Below, in pieces: positions 27,725 through 37,440 of a stretch of DNA of 64,000 nucleotides. Position numbers and translations under genes: made by a program. Under the pieces are notes generated by a model that was given only the letters and a program-made list of their open reading frames with translations, was not told the origin of the DNA and did not search any database. The stretch comes from Calditrichia bacterium (GTDB lineage: Bacteria; Calditrichota; Calditrichia; RBG-13-44-9; J075), in assembly GCA_028284445.1 (NCBI GenBank), contig JANQRS010000016.1:80441-144440 (forward strand), given 5' to 3'. The stretch's first letter is position 1; every line of letters starts with the position of its first letter.

Positions 27725-29158
27725 ATGACAAGAACCGGAATCTTTCTCAGTTCCTTAATGCTTGCCGGTGTACTTTTTGCGCAGGCTCCGCTTAGCTTGA
27801 AGTACAATGCCTACGAATTATTGTCCACGCGCGACGGGGAAGTAACAGGTGTTTTGACAGATCCCAAGATGTCGCCGGTGGCGGAACGCTTCTTTGCGAT
27901 TTCCAGCCAAACCCGCGATAATCGCTCTCTTTACATTTATGATATCAAGAACCGAACTTTAAGAAATATCAGCGCCACACAAACGACACTGGCAACCGGT
28001 GATGAAATCAATCTGGAGCCTAGCAGCTATGCGACTTCATACAACTATGAACTCGACTGGCGGCCGATACCGGATAAGCAAGGACGGCAGTGGTTTGTTT
28101 TTGTCAGTAATGGCCTGGAAGATAACCACGATATTTACCTTGGCGTTATTGGTGGTACCCGCTATTATCGCTTAACAAAAAATATTGCTATTGATATGAT
28201 GCCAAAATGGTCGCCCGACGGCAACTCTGTGGCTTTTATATCATATCGAAGTGGTGACGGCGACATTTATTTGCTGGATGGTATGGACAAAATGATCGCC
28301 AACCCTGACGGTCACGATGTCGATCTGAATCAGCTGACCCGCACTGCGCTTGAGGAAACTGATCTGGCCTGGAATCCGAATCCACGTGCGGAGCTGTTGG
28401 CATATGCCAAACGCGAAAGCTATCCCGGCCGTGATGTGGATACTTATCAGATCCGGGTGCTTGACCTTGGCGCCAAGCAGCTTCGCAGCTTTCAAATTAC
28501 GGATGACCAACTGACGCACTTTAACCGCCCCCTGTGGGACCGGAATCGGGCTGACAGGTTGCTCTATGTCGGCAAATCTGTTCTCGAAAACTCACCAACC
28601 AACCTTTACTTGAGTGAACTTGCCTGGGACGACGAAAAGATCCTGCAAAACAAGGTGCTCGAAGGGTATAAGACAGAAATTTTTCGGGACGTGCGGATGA
28701 GTAATACCCATGCGCTGTGGTTATCCGGCTCTCAAGCCATTGTTTGCCAGGAAAACAATCGGATTCAAAACAATCGCCTCTATTCAATCAATGTTGAAAA
28801 ATGGGTCAATAAAATTGAAGGCGCGGTGCACTATGTGGAAGAATTGCATCGTGAGAACCCCTTCATCCGTGAATTTTCAGAAGTGGATGGAAACTTTCTC
28901 TTTGTGACCAAAGAAGGGGAAATTTCCAGTGTCTTTCTCGCGCAGCTGGAAGGCGAGGACATTGATTGGACAGCAAACCAGGTTGCACCGGGCCTGAATA
29001 ATCCCGGGCCGGGAACCAACTTCTTTGCCGCACCGCTGTTCATCGGAGGGGGCGCACTTGCCGCAGGTGCTGCCGCATTCTTTCTCCTGAGAGATGGCGA
29101 TGATGGCGATGTGCAGAGTGTGCCGATTGGCTTACCGCCAAGCCTGCCGAGAGAATAA
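27725..29158 (+). CDS. secreted TolB-like PD40 beta-propeller protein with C-terminal hydrophobic anchor
   Basis: Signal peptide; PD40-like 'WSPDGNSVAFISYRSGDGDIYLLD'; C-terminal 'FFAAPLFIGGGALAAGAAAFFLL' followed by charged residues. Confidence 0.55.
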   Translation: MTRTGIFLSSLMLAGVLFAQAPLSLKYNAYELLSTRDGEVTGVLTDPKMSPVAERFFAISSQTRDNRSLYIYDIKNRTLRNISATQTTLATGDEINLEPSSYATSYNYELDWRPIPDKQGRQWFVFVSNGLEDNHDIYLGVIGGTRYYRLTKNIAIDMMPKWSPDGNSVAFISYRSGDGDIYLLDGMDKMIANPDGHDVDLNQLTRTALEETDLAWNPNPRAELLAYAKRESYPGRDVDTYQIRVLDLGAKQLRSFQITDDQLTHFNRPLWDRNRADRLLYVGKSVLENSPTNLYLSELAWDDEKILQNKVLEGYKTEIFRDVRMSNTHALWLSGSQAIVCQENNRIQNNRLYSINVEKWVNKIEGAVHYVEELHRENPFIREFSEVDGNFLFVTKEGEISSVFLAQLEGEDIDWTANQVAPGLNNPGPGTNFFAAPLFIGGGALAAGAAAFFLLRDGDDGDVQSVPIGLPPSLPRE

Positions 29159-29301
29159 CAGGAATGAATCAGTGCTAGTGTCCCGAATGGACGATTACCA
29201 CCAGTGAATATTGGAGGACAGGTCGCCGCTTTGTTTATCAACAAGGCAGCGGTTAACGCGGTCTGTATGCATGTGGGAATGTTGCCAAGGAGCAAACGCT
29301 A

Positions 29302-32300
29302 ATGTCGAAAGTTGTATCTTCTTTCTTAACCATATTGTTTTTTACGGCTGGCCTTTTTGGTCAGGCGACCTTGCAGGTGGATCCAACCACAGTCGACTTT
29401 ATGGAAGTCGAGCTCTTGTCGGATTCGGTTTTTGGATTGCGGGTGACCAACGAAGGCACCGATGATCTCATTATCAGCGAACTGAATATTACCGGCAATA
29501 ACGCCGCCCAGTTTTCGCTGTTCAATCCGCTTCCCCTGCCAATAACGGTAAATCCCTCGAACACCAGGACGATAGAGCTGCAATTCGCCCCGGCAACCAC
29601 TGGCAGCAAATCTGCGTTCCTGGAAATTCTTAGTAATGATCAGTTTTCTGATACGCTTGAAGTGCCGTTAATCGGTGTTGGTATTGCCTCAACCATTGCC
29701 GTAACACCCAGTCCGCTATCCTTTGACAGCGTTGTGGTTGGCGGCAGCAGTACTCTCAGTGTCGAGATCAGCAATCTTGGAAATAACACCCTGATTGTGA
29801 ACGATACTTCTATTGTTGGAGATAATGCCGACGCTTTTGCGATTGTGTCAAGCCCGGCCTTGCCGATAAGCATCGAACCCGGTGGCAATCCAGTGACATT
29901 GGATATTCGATTTGCCCCCCTGTTAGCAGGCACCAATTCTTCTTTTATGATCCTTACCAGCAACGACCCGGCAAATCCGGCCCTGGCCGTCACCCTTGAC
30001 GGTATCGGGGTATTCCCGGAGCTGGAAACCAGCGCAACAGAGCTTGATTTTGGCGAAACCGTGGTGGGAGTTGGCAAGACCCTGACATTTGATATCTTTA
30101 ACAGCGGTATTGGTGAACTAATTATTAGCGATACCGATATCGTTGGCAGCGACGCTGATAATTTTCGTTTGGACGGTTTTCCGCCAACCCCGGTTATCCT
30201 GGAAAGAGGGATCGACACCCTGACTGTGAGTGTGCAATTTGACCCGGATTCCAATGGTGTGCGCGATGCATTTTTATTACTAACCAGCAACGATCCGGAC
30301 GAGAACCCCTTGACGGTCTCTTTGACCGGTATTGGCGTGAAACCCGATATTGCCAGTAATCCGGAGGCGCTTGATTTTGGGCGCGTGATCGTCGGTGAGG
30401 ACTCTACCATGAGTCTGCTTGTCAGGAACGATGGTGATGCCGATCTGATCATCAGCGATACGACCTGGAGTGGTGACAACATCGATCAATTTACAGTGCT
30501 GAATATGCCGACCCTGCCATTTACCATTCCGGAGAATGGTGATTCGGTTGTGATTTCCATTCAATTTGTGCCGACCTCGCAAGGACTAAAAGACGCGACG
30601 CTCTCATTTGTCAATAATGACGTATTTCGAACGCCCTATGCTGTTCCGATTAGCGGGGAAGGTGTTGTGCCCGATATTGCCGGAAATCCCAACCCATTGG
30701 CTTTTGGCGAAGTAGAGGTGACCTTCAGCGCCACTCGAATGATCCAAATTCGCAACGATGGTGGGGCGGCGTTGGTTATAGACGATACGCTATTTGCAGG
30801 ACCGAACTTCGATCAGTTTGCACTGGATTCTCTGCCGGAACTGCCCATTGTTATCGAACCTGACAGTGACCCGGTGGATATACTGGTGCGATTTTCGCCC
30901 ACCTCGGAAGGGGACAAAACCGCAGCCTTGCAGCTTTTTAGCAATGACCCGGATGAAAATCCATTCAGCATCGATCTGGCAGGCACCGGCATACAGCCGA
31001 GAATCGCCGTGTCTCCGGATACTGTCGATTTTGGCAATATTCGCATCGAAACGGATTCAACCCTGCTTCTTGACATTCTCAATGAAGGTACGGCATCCCT
31101 GTTTATTTCTGATACTTCCTTCCGTGGGCAGGACGATCGATTTTTCCGTCTCGTGAACGCGCCGTCACTGCCAATCCAGATTCGACCCGGCGCCGAGTCA
31201 TTTCCTCTGCGTATTCAGTTCTCGCCTGAAGAACTTCGCGAATATGAAGCCGACTTCATTCTCGGTAGTAACGACCCCGATAATCCTTCGCTAACCGTTC
31301 CCTTGCGTGGTATTGGCGCACTACCGGATATCGACACAGTGGAAGATACTCTCCATTTTGGCGACGTGATTTTGACAACCGATTCTGTTTCCTTTCTACA
31401 AATTCTCAATACCGGCGGCGTCGATTTATTGGTAACTGATGTTGCCTTGCTTAATTCACCAGCGCAGTTCTCTATTGCAGACACGACAGCCGTGCCGTTG
31501 ACGGTTGCACCGGGAGATACCGGTTTGGTTGGTATTGTCTTCTCGCCGGATTCCCTCGGTGGAGACACGGCTACTGTGCGAATTCTAAGCGATGATCCGG
31601 ATGAAACCCAGATTACCCGAACAGTTACCGGTAATGGCGTTCTGCCCATCATTGCTGTCGAAGCTGATACCGTGAATTTCGGTATTGTGGAAATCGGCGG
31701 TGATTCGACTATCTCAGTGTTTGTGTCCAACAGTGGTAGTGCCGCCTTGCGTATAAGCGATGTGGTCTCCGAAGGGCCGAATTCCAATCAATTCGCTTTG
31801 GCTGACACGAGTATATTGCCTATTGTCATTCCGGTAGGCGGCGCCCCGTTTCCGGTGCCACTGCGCTTCAAGCCGCTCTTCAAGTCCAGTAAGCAAGCAA
31901 CGCTCTCCCTGGTGAGTAATGACCCATTTAATGCCAGCCTGCCGATCGAGGTCTTTGGGCGAGCGGTTGCAGCGCCATCTGTCGAGTCACTGCAGTTCTC
32001 GAATATTCTGCTTGGACAGGATGTGGCTGTAACAGCAACCTTTGCAGCGGATACAACCATTCGTTCAGCTGTGCTGCGATACCTGACCGCCGACGGGCGG
32101 ACTGCTCTCGGTTCCAATGCGTTCCTGTTAGGCACAGATTCTGTTTATACGGCGATGATTCCAGGTTCGGCAGTTACTACCGACGGCTTGCAGCTGGATA
32201 TCCTCGTGACTGATAATTTCCCAACCAGCGCAAGCTCGCTATTTTACCCCGAGATTACCATCCCCACGGGCGCGCTTAGCCATACTTTTGAGAGCAGTGA

Positions 32301-33654
32301 ACAGAATCGCTGGATCATGTTCTCACTGCCTTATCCCCCGGTTATCGAAGGTGATCGCAGCATCTCATCGGTTCTAGAAGATTTGGGCAGCGACGGCGAT
32401 TTTAGCTGGAGGATTTTCCGGACGGATTCCTCCGGCCTCAACAGCAATTACCTGGACAAAACAGCGCTCGATTTGGCCGGCAGCTACGGCCGTTTTGAAC
32501 CGGGCAATGCTTTCTGGCTCTATCTTAGAAATGATGAGGGCGGACAAATTGCTTCCTCGGTGATTGATTTTGCTGATACCAAAACCCTTGCTGCCGACTC
32601 GTTCACCTATACACTCCAGCCTGGCTGGAATCAAATTGGTCTACCATATGCCTTTGATATGACCTGGGGACAGGTCGGCGCTACGGATAAGAGCATGCTG
32701 CAGGTGTATAGCTGGAATGGCACCGCCTGGACGGATCAGCTACAGAAGAGTGGCTGGACGCCGTTGCTGCAAAATAACTTTGTGATGACGCCCTGGGATG
32801 GATATGTCGTTCGTAATCTCACCGGCCAGCCAATGGACATCGTGTTCCGGCCCCAAGAAGCGGATACACTGCTTGGCAAGTCAGCCCTGAACAAAATTGC
32901 CGACTATCGAAATTGGCGTTTGCCGCTGGTAATCGAAAATGAGCTGAACTTTGATGTGGTTGTTGCAGGAATGGATGAGAAGTCCATTGATGGCATTGAT
33001 CTCAATGACTATCCGCACCCGGCCAAAAACGATGGCCGCCATGTTCAACTCTGGTTTGAAAACGAAGATAGCAACTTTGGTCAGCGGTATAGTAGTGATG
33101 TGCGCGCTGCCAGCCCAGAGGGTCATACATGGTATTTAACCGTTGATAGTGATCTGGCAACCGCGACCATTAGCTTTCCTGAACTGGCGCAACTACCCGC
33201 CGGCTTCATGGCTGAGTTGATTGATACCAAGTATCGTCAGACCTATCCTGTGACCGCGTCAACCCGCATCCGTGTTCGGAATATCGCAGCGGGAGAACCC
33301 AAGCGCTTCGCTTTGATGGTTGGGACAGCCGCCTTTCTCGGCAGGGAAGCGGATAATATTGAAATCCTTGCGCCGCAAACCTCGCTGCTACTTAGCAATT
33401 ATCCAAACCCCTTTAATCCAACGACTCAGATGCGTTATCAACTGGCGGATGATGGCCGTGTTAACCTGATTGTTTACGATATTCTTGGCCGGAAAGTACG
33501 AACGCTGGTGAACAAATATCAACCGGCCGGTTTCTATGAATTGCAATGGAATGGAAAAAATGACGCGGGTAATGAGACAGCAAGCGGTATATATATTTAC
33601 CGGCTCGAAATCAACGACTATGTCGAATCGCGTCGAATGCTGAAGTTAAAGTAG
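29302..33654 (+). CDS. 1450-aa cell-surface protein: about 10 tandem 100-aa 'choice-of-anchor D'/ASH-like Ig repeats + unique region + T9SS type-A C-terminal sorting domain
   Basis: Repeats each ending '...LTSNDPDENPLTVSLTGIGV'. C-terminus 'NYPNPFNPTTQMRYQL...LIVYDILGRKVRTLVN...GFYELQWNGKNDAGNETASGIYIYRLEI...RRMLKLK' matches the Por/T9SS sorting domain. RBS aaggag. Confidence 0.75.
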   Translation: MSKVVSSFLTILFFTAGLFGQATLQVDPTTVDFMEVELLSDSVFGLRVTNEGTDDLIISELNITGNNAAQFSLFNPLPLPITVNPSNTRTIELQFAPATTGSKSAFLEILSNDQFSDTLEVPLIGVGIASTIAVTPSPLSFDSVVVGGSSTLSVEISNLGNNTLIVNDTSIVGDNADAFAIVSSPALPISIEPGGNPVTLDIRFAPLLAGTNSSFMILTSNDPANPALAVTLDGIGVFPELETSATELDFGETVVGVGKTLTFDIFNSGIGELIISDTDIVGSDADNFRLDGFPPTPVILERGIDTLTVSVQFDPDSNGVRDAFLLLTSNDPDENPLTVSLTGIGVKPDIASNPEALDFGRVIVGEDSTMSLLVRNDGDADLIISDTTWSGDNIDQFTVLNMPTLPFTIPENGDSVVISIQFVPTSQGLKDATLSFVNNDVFRTPYAVPISGEGVVPDIAGNPNPLAFGEVEVTFSATRMIQIRNDGGAALVIDDTLFAGPNFDQFALDSLPELPIVIEPDSDPVDILVRFSPTSEGDKTAALQLFSNDPDENPFSIDLAGTGIQPRIAVSPDTVDFGNIRIETDSTLLLDILNEGTASLFISDTSFRGQDDRFFRLVNAPSLPIQIRPGAESFPLRIQFSPEELREYEADFILGSNDPDNPSLTVPLRGIGALPDIDTVEDTLHFGDVILTTDSVSFLQILNTGGVDLLVTDVALLNSPAQFSIADTTAVPLTVAPGDTGLVGIVFSPDSLGGDTATVRILSDDPDETQITRTVTGNGVLPIIAVEADTVNFGIVEIGGDSTISVFVSNSGSAALRISDVVSEGPNSNQFALADTSILPIVIPVGGAPFPVPLRFKPLFKSSKQATLSLVSNDPFNASLPIEVFGRAVAAPSVESLQFSNILLGQDVAVTATFAADTTIRSAVLRYLTADGRTALGSNAFLLGTDSVYTAMIPGSAVTTDGLQLDILVTDNFPTSASSLFYPEITIPTGALSHTFESSEQNRWIMFSLPYPPVIEGDRSISSVLEDLGSDGDFSWRIFRTDSSGLNSNYLDKTALDLAGSYGRFEPGNAFWLYLRNDEGGQIASSVIDFADTKTLAADSFTYTLQPGWNQIGLPYAFDMTWGQVGATDKSMLQVYSWNGTAWTDQLQKSGWTPLLQNNFVMTPWDGYVVRNLTGQPMDIVFRPQEADTLLGKSALNKIADYRNWRLPLVIENELNFDVVVAGMDEKSIDGIDLNDYPHPAKNDGRHVQLWFENEDSNFGQRYSSDVRAASPEGHTWYLTVDSDLATATISFPELAQLPAGFMAELIDTKYRQTYPVTASTRIRVRNIAAGEPKRFALMVGTAAFLGREADNIEILAPQTSLLLSNYPNPFNPTTQMRYQLADDGRVNLIVYDILGRKVRTLVNKYQPAGFYELQWNGKNDAGNETASGIYIYRLEINDYVESRRMLKLK

Positions 33655-34003
33655 GGATACAATCTGGCGTTCTAAAAAATCGAATTCGCTGATCACTGTC
33701 ATTTGTCACGATTCCGGAGCGAATTCGAAGCGAACTTAGGACGTCGAAGCGAGATCTGTCATTAGCGACTATTGAACGGCATGGGGAAACTGCTTATCTA
33801 TCGCTTCTGCTCACCCACTTAACAACGGATTGTATTTGCACTACGCAACCGCCTTAAATGGCCTTCATGGATGAGTTGTAACGTGTAATGCGCTACGCAA
33901 TGTGACGGGAACCATTCCCGCCCTGTTCGTGTAACAGAACAGGTACTCTACCAAATTTTGCCATGTTTGATGCAAGCTTCAGAGCCCGGGCAAATCGCCG
34001 ATA

Positions 34004-35977
34004 ATGACTCCAGGGGAGCACTATCAATCTATGGCTGAACAACATCATCTTCAAGACGAAGCAACTACGATGCCTGTAGAAATTCGACATAAGTATAAAT
34101 TCGATTTTTCAGGAAGCAGCGAAGGCGGTAGCCGCCATCCGGAAAACCTTGATAGCTTTGGTAGTTTTCCGGAAAAACGCTCCTATTTTGCAACAGCCAA
34201 AGGCAAGCTCTTCCTGATAGCTGATTCGAAGAAGTATAATAGTGAATTTAATGCCAGTCAGATGGCTATCGATTCGATTCAGCAAAACTATTTTTCCTAT
34301 CCATCTGAAGATATCGCCTTTTGCCTGCAGAGGGCATTCGATATTGCCAATCGCAAGATTTATCAACACGCACAAACCAATAGCCTGGATCGTAAGGTCG
34401 GTGCTACCTGCTCCGCTTTGGTGCTGACCGATAAATACGCATACATTGCCCACGTAGGGGATTGCCGGATCTTCCGGGTAAGCTTTCGGAAAACAGAACA
34501 GTTGACCAGTGAGCATACCCGGGTGATCGAAATGATGTCCCGCGATGAGGAAGGCATGGTAAACGTTGGAGGTAAGCCGCCCTACAAGACCCGAACAGCC
34601 CTTACGCGGGCATTGGGTGTCAAGCTTGGTGTGAAAGTTGAAGTTAGCAAAGTGCCGGTGAGTCGTGACGAATATTTCGTGCTGTGCAGTGATGGGGTAA
34701 AATCTGTGGATAGCGAAGATATTCGCAATATTGTGCTATCCAGCTCTCCCAATCACGCCTGCCGGCGAATTATCGATATGGCGCGTGATCGCGGTGCAGA
34801 CGACAGTGCGACGGTTCAAATCATCAAGATTTACCAGGAATTTGAAAATCAAGCCGAACAGGCGAAGCAAATAGAAACCTATGCGCATGTCGCGACACCC
34901 TCGGTGGAACGCGGGAATCTGATTCCGGGCATTCTACTGTTTGTGCTCATTGTGTTATTCGGCATGCTGTATCGCGATTCGATTACAACCCGCTTTCCTG
35001 AAGTGGTTGAGAAGCTCAACCCAGTCACGCATTATATGGAAGTCACGAAGCCGGCGCCGGTTGCAAAGGCACCCGGTGATCTTGAACGGGGATTTGCTTT
35101 CCTGGAGGAAGGTGAATTGGGACAGGCGCTGACGTACTTTCAACGCGCACGTAAGAGCGATCCAAGCAATCAGGCTGCCAAGCGCGGCATCGAGATTATT
35201 GCGGCGCGCCACGAACAGACTGCCAATCTTTATTTTAGTAAGGGCAGCTGGGCTTCCGCACTGAGCTATTACAAGCAGGCGAGTTTCCTGAAACCAAACG
35301 ACAGGCAGTTGAAGATCCAGATTGGTAAATGCCAGAACAAGCTGGCTGTATTGAATGCCGAGAAGCGCAAAGAGCAACAACTGGCGCTGCGAAACAATCA
35401 AAGCGCCCGAAACGAATCCACTGCATCACTGGTATCCAAAACGCCCTTATTGGGTGAACAGCGCCGTCCCGAATGGGTAGCTCCGGGGCTCGATGCCGGG
35501 GTTGATTATCAAATCAGCGGTGACAACATTCAGCTGTTCGACAACCTTCGTGCTAAGCGTGTTTTTGGCGCCGGCAAGCTCGGCAGGTCCGAAATCGAAG
35601 TAACTATCACCCCGCAGTCTGCTGGCTCGACTCAACGCTACGGCGTGATCTTTGGACACCAGGCAGAACAGGGTAAGAAGTTTCAGACCTACTATCTGTT
35701 TACCCTACAAATGAACGGTGAGTATACCGTGCAGAATATCAATGAGGCCGGTACGACCTTCATTGAAGCAGATAAAGTGAAAACCGAGCTCAAAACCGGC
35801 CAACCGATCACAGTTCGCCTGAAGTTCGGCAACAAGCTTGCAATCTGCTACGTAAACGGTATTTCTATTGATATGGTGGAACTGGGTCGTTCCGCTGAGG
35901 GCGGCATCGGATTTTTTGCCGATCCGAATACTCGCGTTGAATTTGACAATCTGAAAATATCGCCGGTTGTGAATTAA
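34004..35977 (+). CDS. PP2C-family Ser/Thr phosphatase fused to TM segment, TPR repeats and C-terminal DUF1080/LamG-like jelly-roll domain
   Basis: PP2C motifs 'FLIADS', 'GATCSALVL...AHVGDCRIF', 'LTSEHT', 'LTRALG', 'LCSDGV', 'GADDSATVQIIKI'. TM 'LIPGILLFVLIVLFGMLY'. TPR-like 'LGQALTYFQRARKSDPSN'. C-terminus 'YYLFTLQMNGEYTV...DNLKI' (DUF1080-like). The true start may be a downstream Met. Confidence 0.65.
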   Translation: MTPGEHYQSMAEQHHLQDEATTMPVEIRHKYKFDFSGSSEGGSRHPENLDSFGSFPEKRSYFATAKGKLFLIADSKKYNSEFNASQMAIDSIQQNYFSYPSEDIAFCLQRAFDIANRKIYQHAQTNSLDRKVGATCSALVLTDKYAYIAHVGDCRIFRVSFRKTEQLTSEHTRVIEMMSRDEEGMVNVGGKPPYKTRTALTRALGVKLGVKVEVSKVPVSRDEYFVLCSDGVKSVDSEDIRNIVLSSSPNHACRRIIDMARDRGADDSATVQIIKIYQEFENQAEQAKQIETYAHVATPSVERGNLIPGILLFVLIVLFGMLYRDSITTRFPEVVEKLNPVTHYMEVTKPAPVAKAPGDLERGFAFLEEGELGQALTYFQRARKSDPSNQAAKRGIEIIAARHEQTANLYFSKGSWASALSYYKQASFLKPNDRQLKIQIGKCQNKLAVLNAEKRKEQQLALRNNQSARNESTASLVSKTPLLGEQRRPEWVAPGLDAGVDYQISGDNIQLFDNLRAKRVFGAGKLGRSEIEVTITPQSAGSTQRYGVIFGHQAEQGKKFQTYYLFTLQMNGEYTVQNINEAGTTFIEADKVKTELKTGQPITVRLKFGNKLAICYVNGISIDMVELGRSAEGGIGFFADPNTRVEFDNLKISPVVN

Positions 35978-36026
35978 CCACCGGCGTGCAGCAGGGCCGC
36001 ACAACCGGCAGTCTTAAACCGGGGTG

Positions 36027-36677
36027 TTATGCGCCGGTAATTCGCTTCACTACCTTCGCCACATCATCCGTTTTCCCCAAAATTGTCACCTCATCACCGG
36101 CCAACATTCTGGTATTACCATCCGGGATAATCAGCTGGTCCTCGCGTTTGATCGCCGAAATCAATGCTTCCTTCGGTAAACGTAATTCCTTTAGCAGCTT
36201 GTTGGCCATAGAGGAGTTTTCGGCGATCGTTACTTGCTCAAGAACCGCATTGGAGGCTTCGAGGTCTTCGCTAAGTTTGTTCAATACATAGTTGTCGGAA
36301 TGCTGCATGCGCATGGCATCATATGCTTTTTGTTTTTCAGCGATTCTGCCCTTGAGATTCTTTATCCGATCTACCTGTTTCTGAAATTCTTCGTGTTCAA
36401 GTGATGGATTGTCCTGGCTCCTCAATACCAATGCAACCTTGCCAAGCGATGTATATTCTGTTTGCAATTGCTTGTTGAGGGCATTGATGTCGATTTTATG
36501 CCGGGTTAAAGCGGTAATGTCCGAGGCTTTTTCACTGATGCCGGCAACGACTTCACGAGTTGCTTCGAGGCCCTCTTCGCTAATTTTCTTGCCTTGCTCA
36601 ATTAGTTTGTCAGCTACCGGCCGGACGCGCTCCGAACTTTGCTTGAAGGTTTCTTTTATTTTTTCAATCAGGCTCAT
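36027..36677 (-). CDS. coiled-coil protein with C-terminal TrkA-C (RCK_C) domain
   Basis: C-terminus 'LRLPKEALISAIKREDQLIIPDGNTRMLAGDEVTILGKTDDV' is a TrkA-C pattern; the N-terminal 150 aa are helical/coiled-coil. Confidence 0.55.
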   Translation of the reverse strand: MSLIEKIKETFKQSSERVRPVADKLIEQGKKISEEGLEATREVVAGISEKASDITALTRHKIDINALNKQLQTEYTSLGKVALVLRSQDNPSLEHEEFQKQVDRIKNLKGRIAEKQKAYDAMRMQHSDNYVLNKLSEDLEASNAVLEQVTIAENSSMANKLLKELRLPKEALISAIKREDQLIIPDGNTRMLAGDEVTILGKTDDVAKVVKRITGA

Positions 36678-36731
36678 AATTCCCTTCCTATTATTGACGT
36701 ACGCGTGTTTGTCGTCCCGAACAAGTCGGGC

Positions 36732-37262
36732 CTACCCTTCGTCTTCGTTTCGGCTATCCAGCCGTTTCCCAACTTCAATGATTTGCTCGTCCAGAGCCGA
36801 TATTTTCTGGAAAAGTCCGCCTACCATTTCGCTGCCGGCGATTTCCTCCCAGGTCGCATTTTGCTTACGGCTTTCGCTGTAAAAAAATGACCCCAGTTCA
36901 GCTATCAGGGCATTCTTTTCTCCATTTAGCTTCTTGATTTCGGCGCTGGTCTTGTACTGCTCAGCGTAGTCGCTGGCGGTATCCGACAGCTCACCAACAA
37001 CCTTGCTGCCGGCTTCATATGCCTGAGACACGCCCTGCTTGATTTTCTCGAATACCTGACCGGCGAGGATGCTGGTCTTCTCACCAACTGCGCGCGCACC
37101 ATCTTCAAGATTGCCAAGGGTCTCGTTCAAGCGCTGACGCCGATCATCCGTGGATTCTTCATCGGAGTTCTCCACCTCATCTGTCGCAGCGGTTTCCTCA
37201 GTTGCTTTCTCTTCGTTTTTTTCTTCATCTGCAGGTTGCTGCAGGTCTTTTTCTTCGCTCAT
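36732..37262 (-). CDS. acidic coiled-coil hypothetical protein, paralogous to N-terminal part of 36027..36677
   Basis: Start set at MSEEKDL (perfect aaggag RBS); Glu/Asp-rich N-terminus; shared pattern with the neighbour (...SD.A....L.ELG...). Confidence 0.45.
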   Translation of the reverse strand: MSEEKDLQQPADEEKNEEKATEETAATDEVENSDEESTDDRRQRLNETLGNLEDGARAVGEKTSILAGQVFEKIKQGVSQAYEAGSKVVGELSDTASDYAEQYKTSAEIKKLNGEKNALIAELGSFFYSESRKQNATWEEIAGSEMVGGLFQKISALDEQIIEVGKRLDSRNEDEG

Positions 37263-37440
37263 ATCGTTCTCCTTATACTTCGAAATGTCGCACCCGAAAG
37301 CGACCATTATGCCGCAGGTTCCCGGGGAGATAGGGGATTATCACTCAGGTGTCTTTACGTTAATCCTATAATAATTGTTTTCGCGTATTATTTCAAATGA
37401 GAAAATACACATTCAGGAAAAATTTTGCCGGAGGATAGCT

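Noticed and set aside
29640-30482. 280-aa minus-strand ORF (and 31215..31787) inside the 1450-aa repeat protein
   Set aside because: The S/T/P-rich translation is an antisense artefact of repetitive sequence; the plus-strand gene has the T9SS CTD and an RBS.
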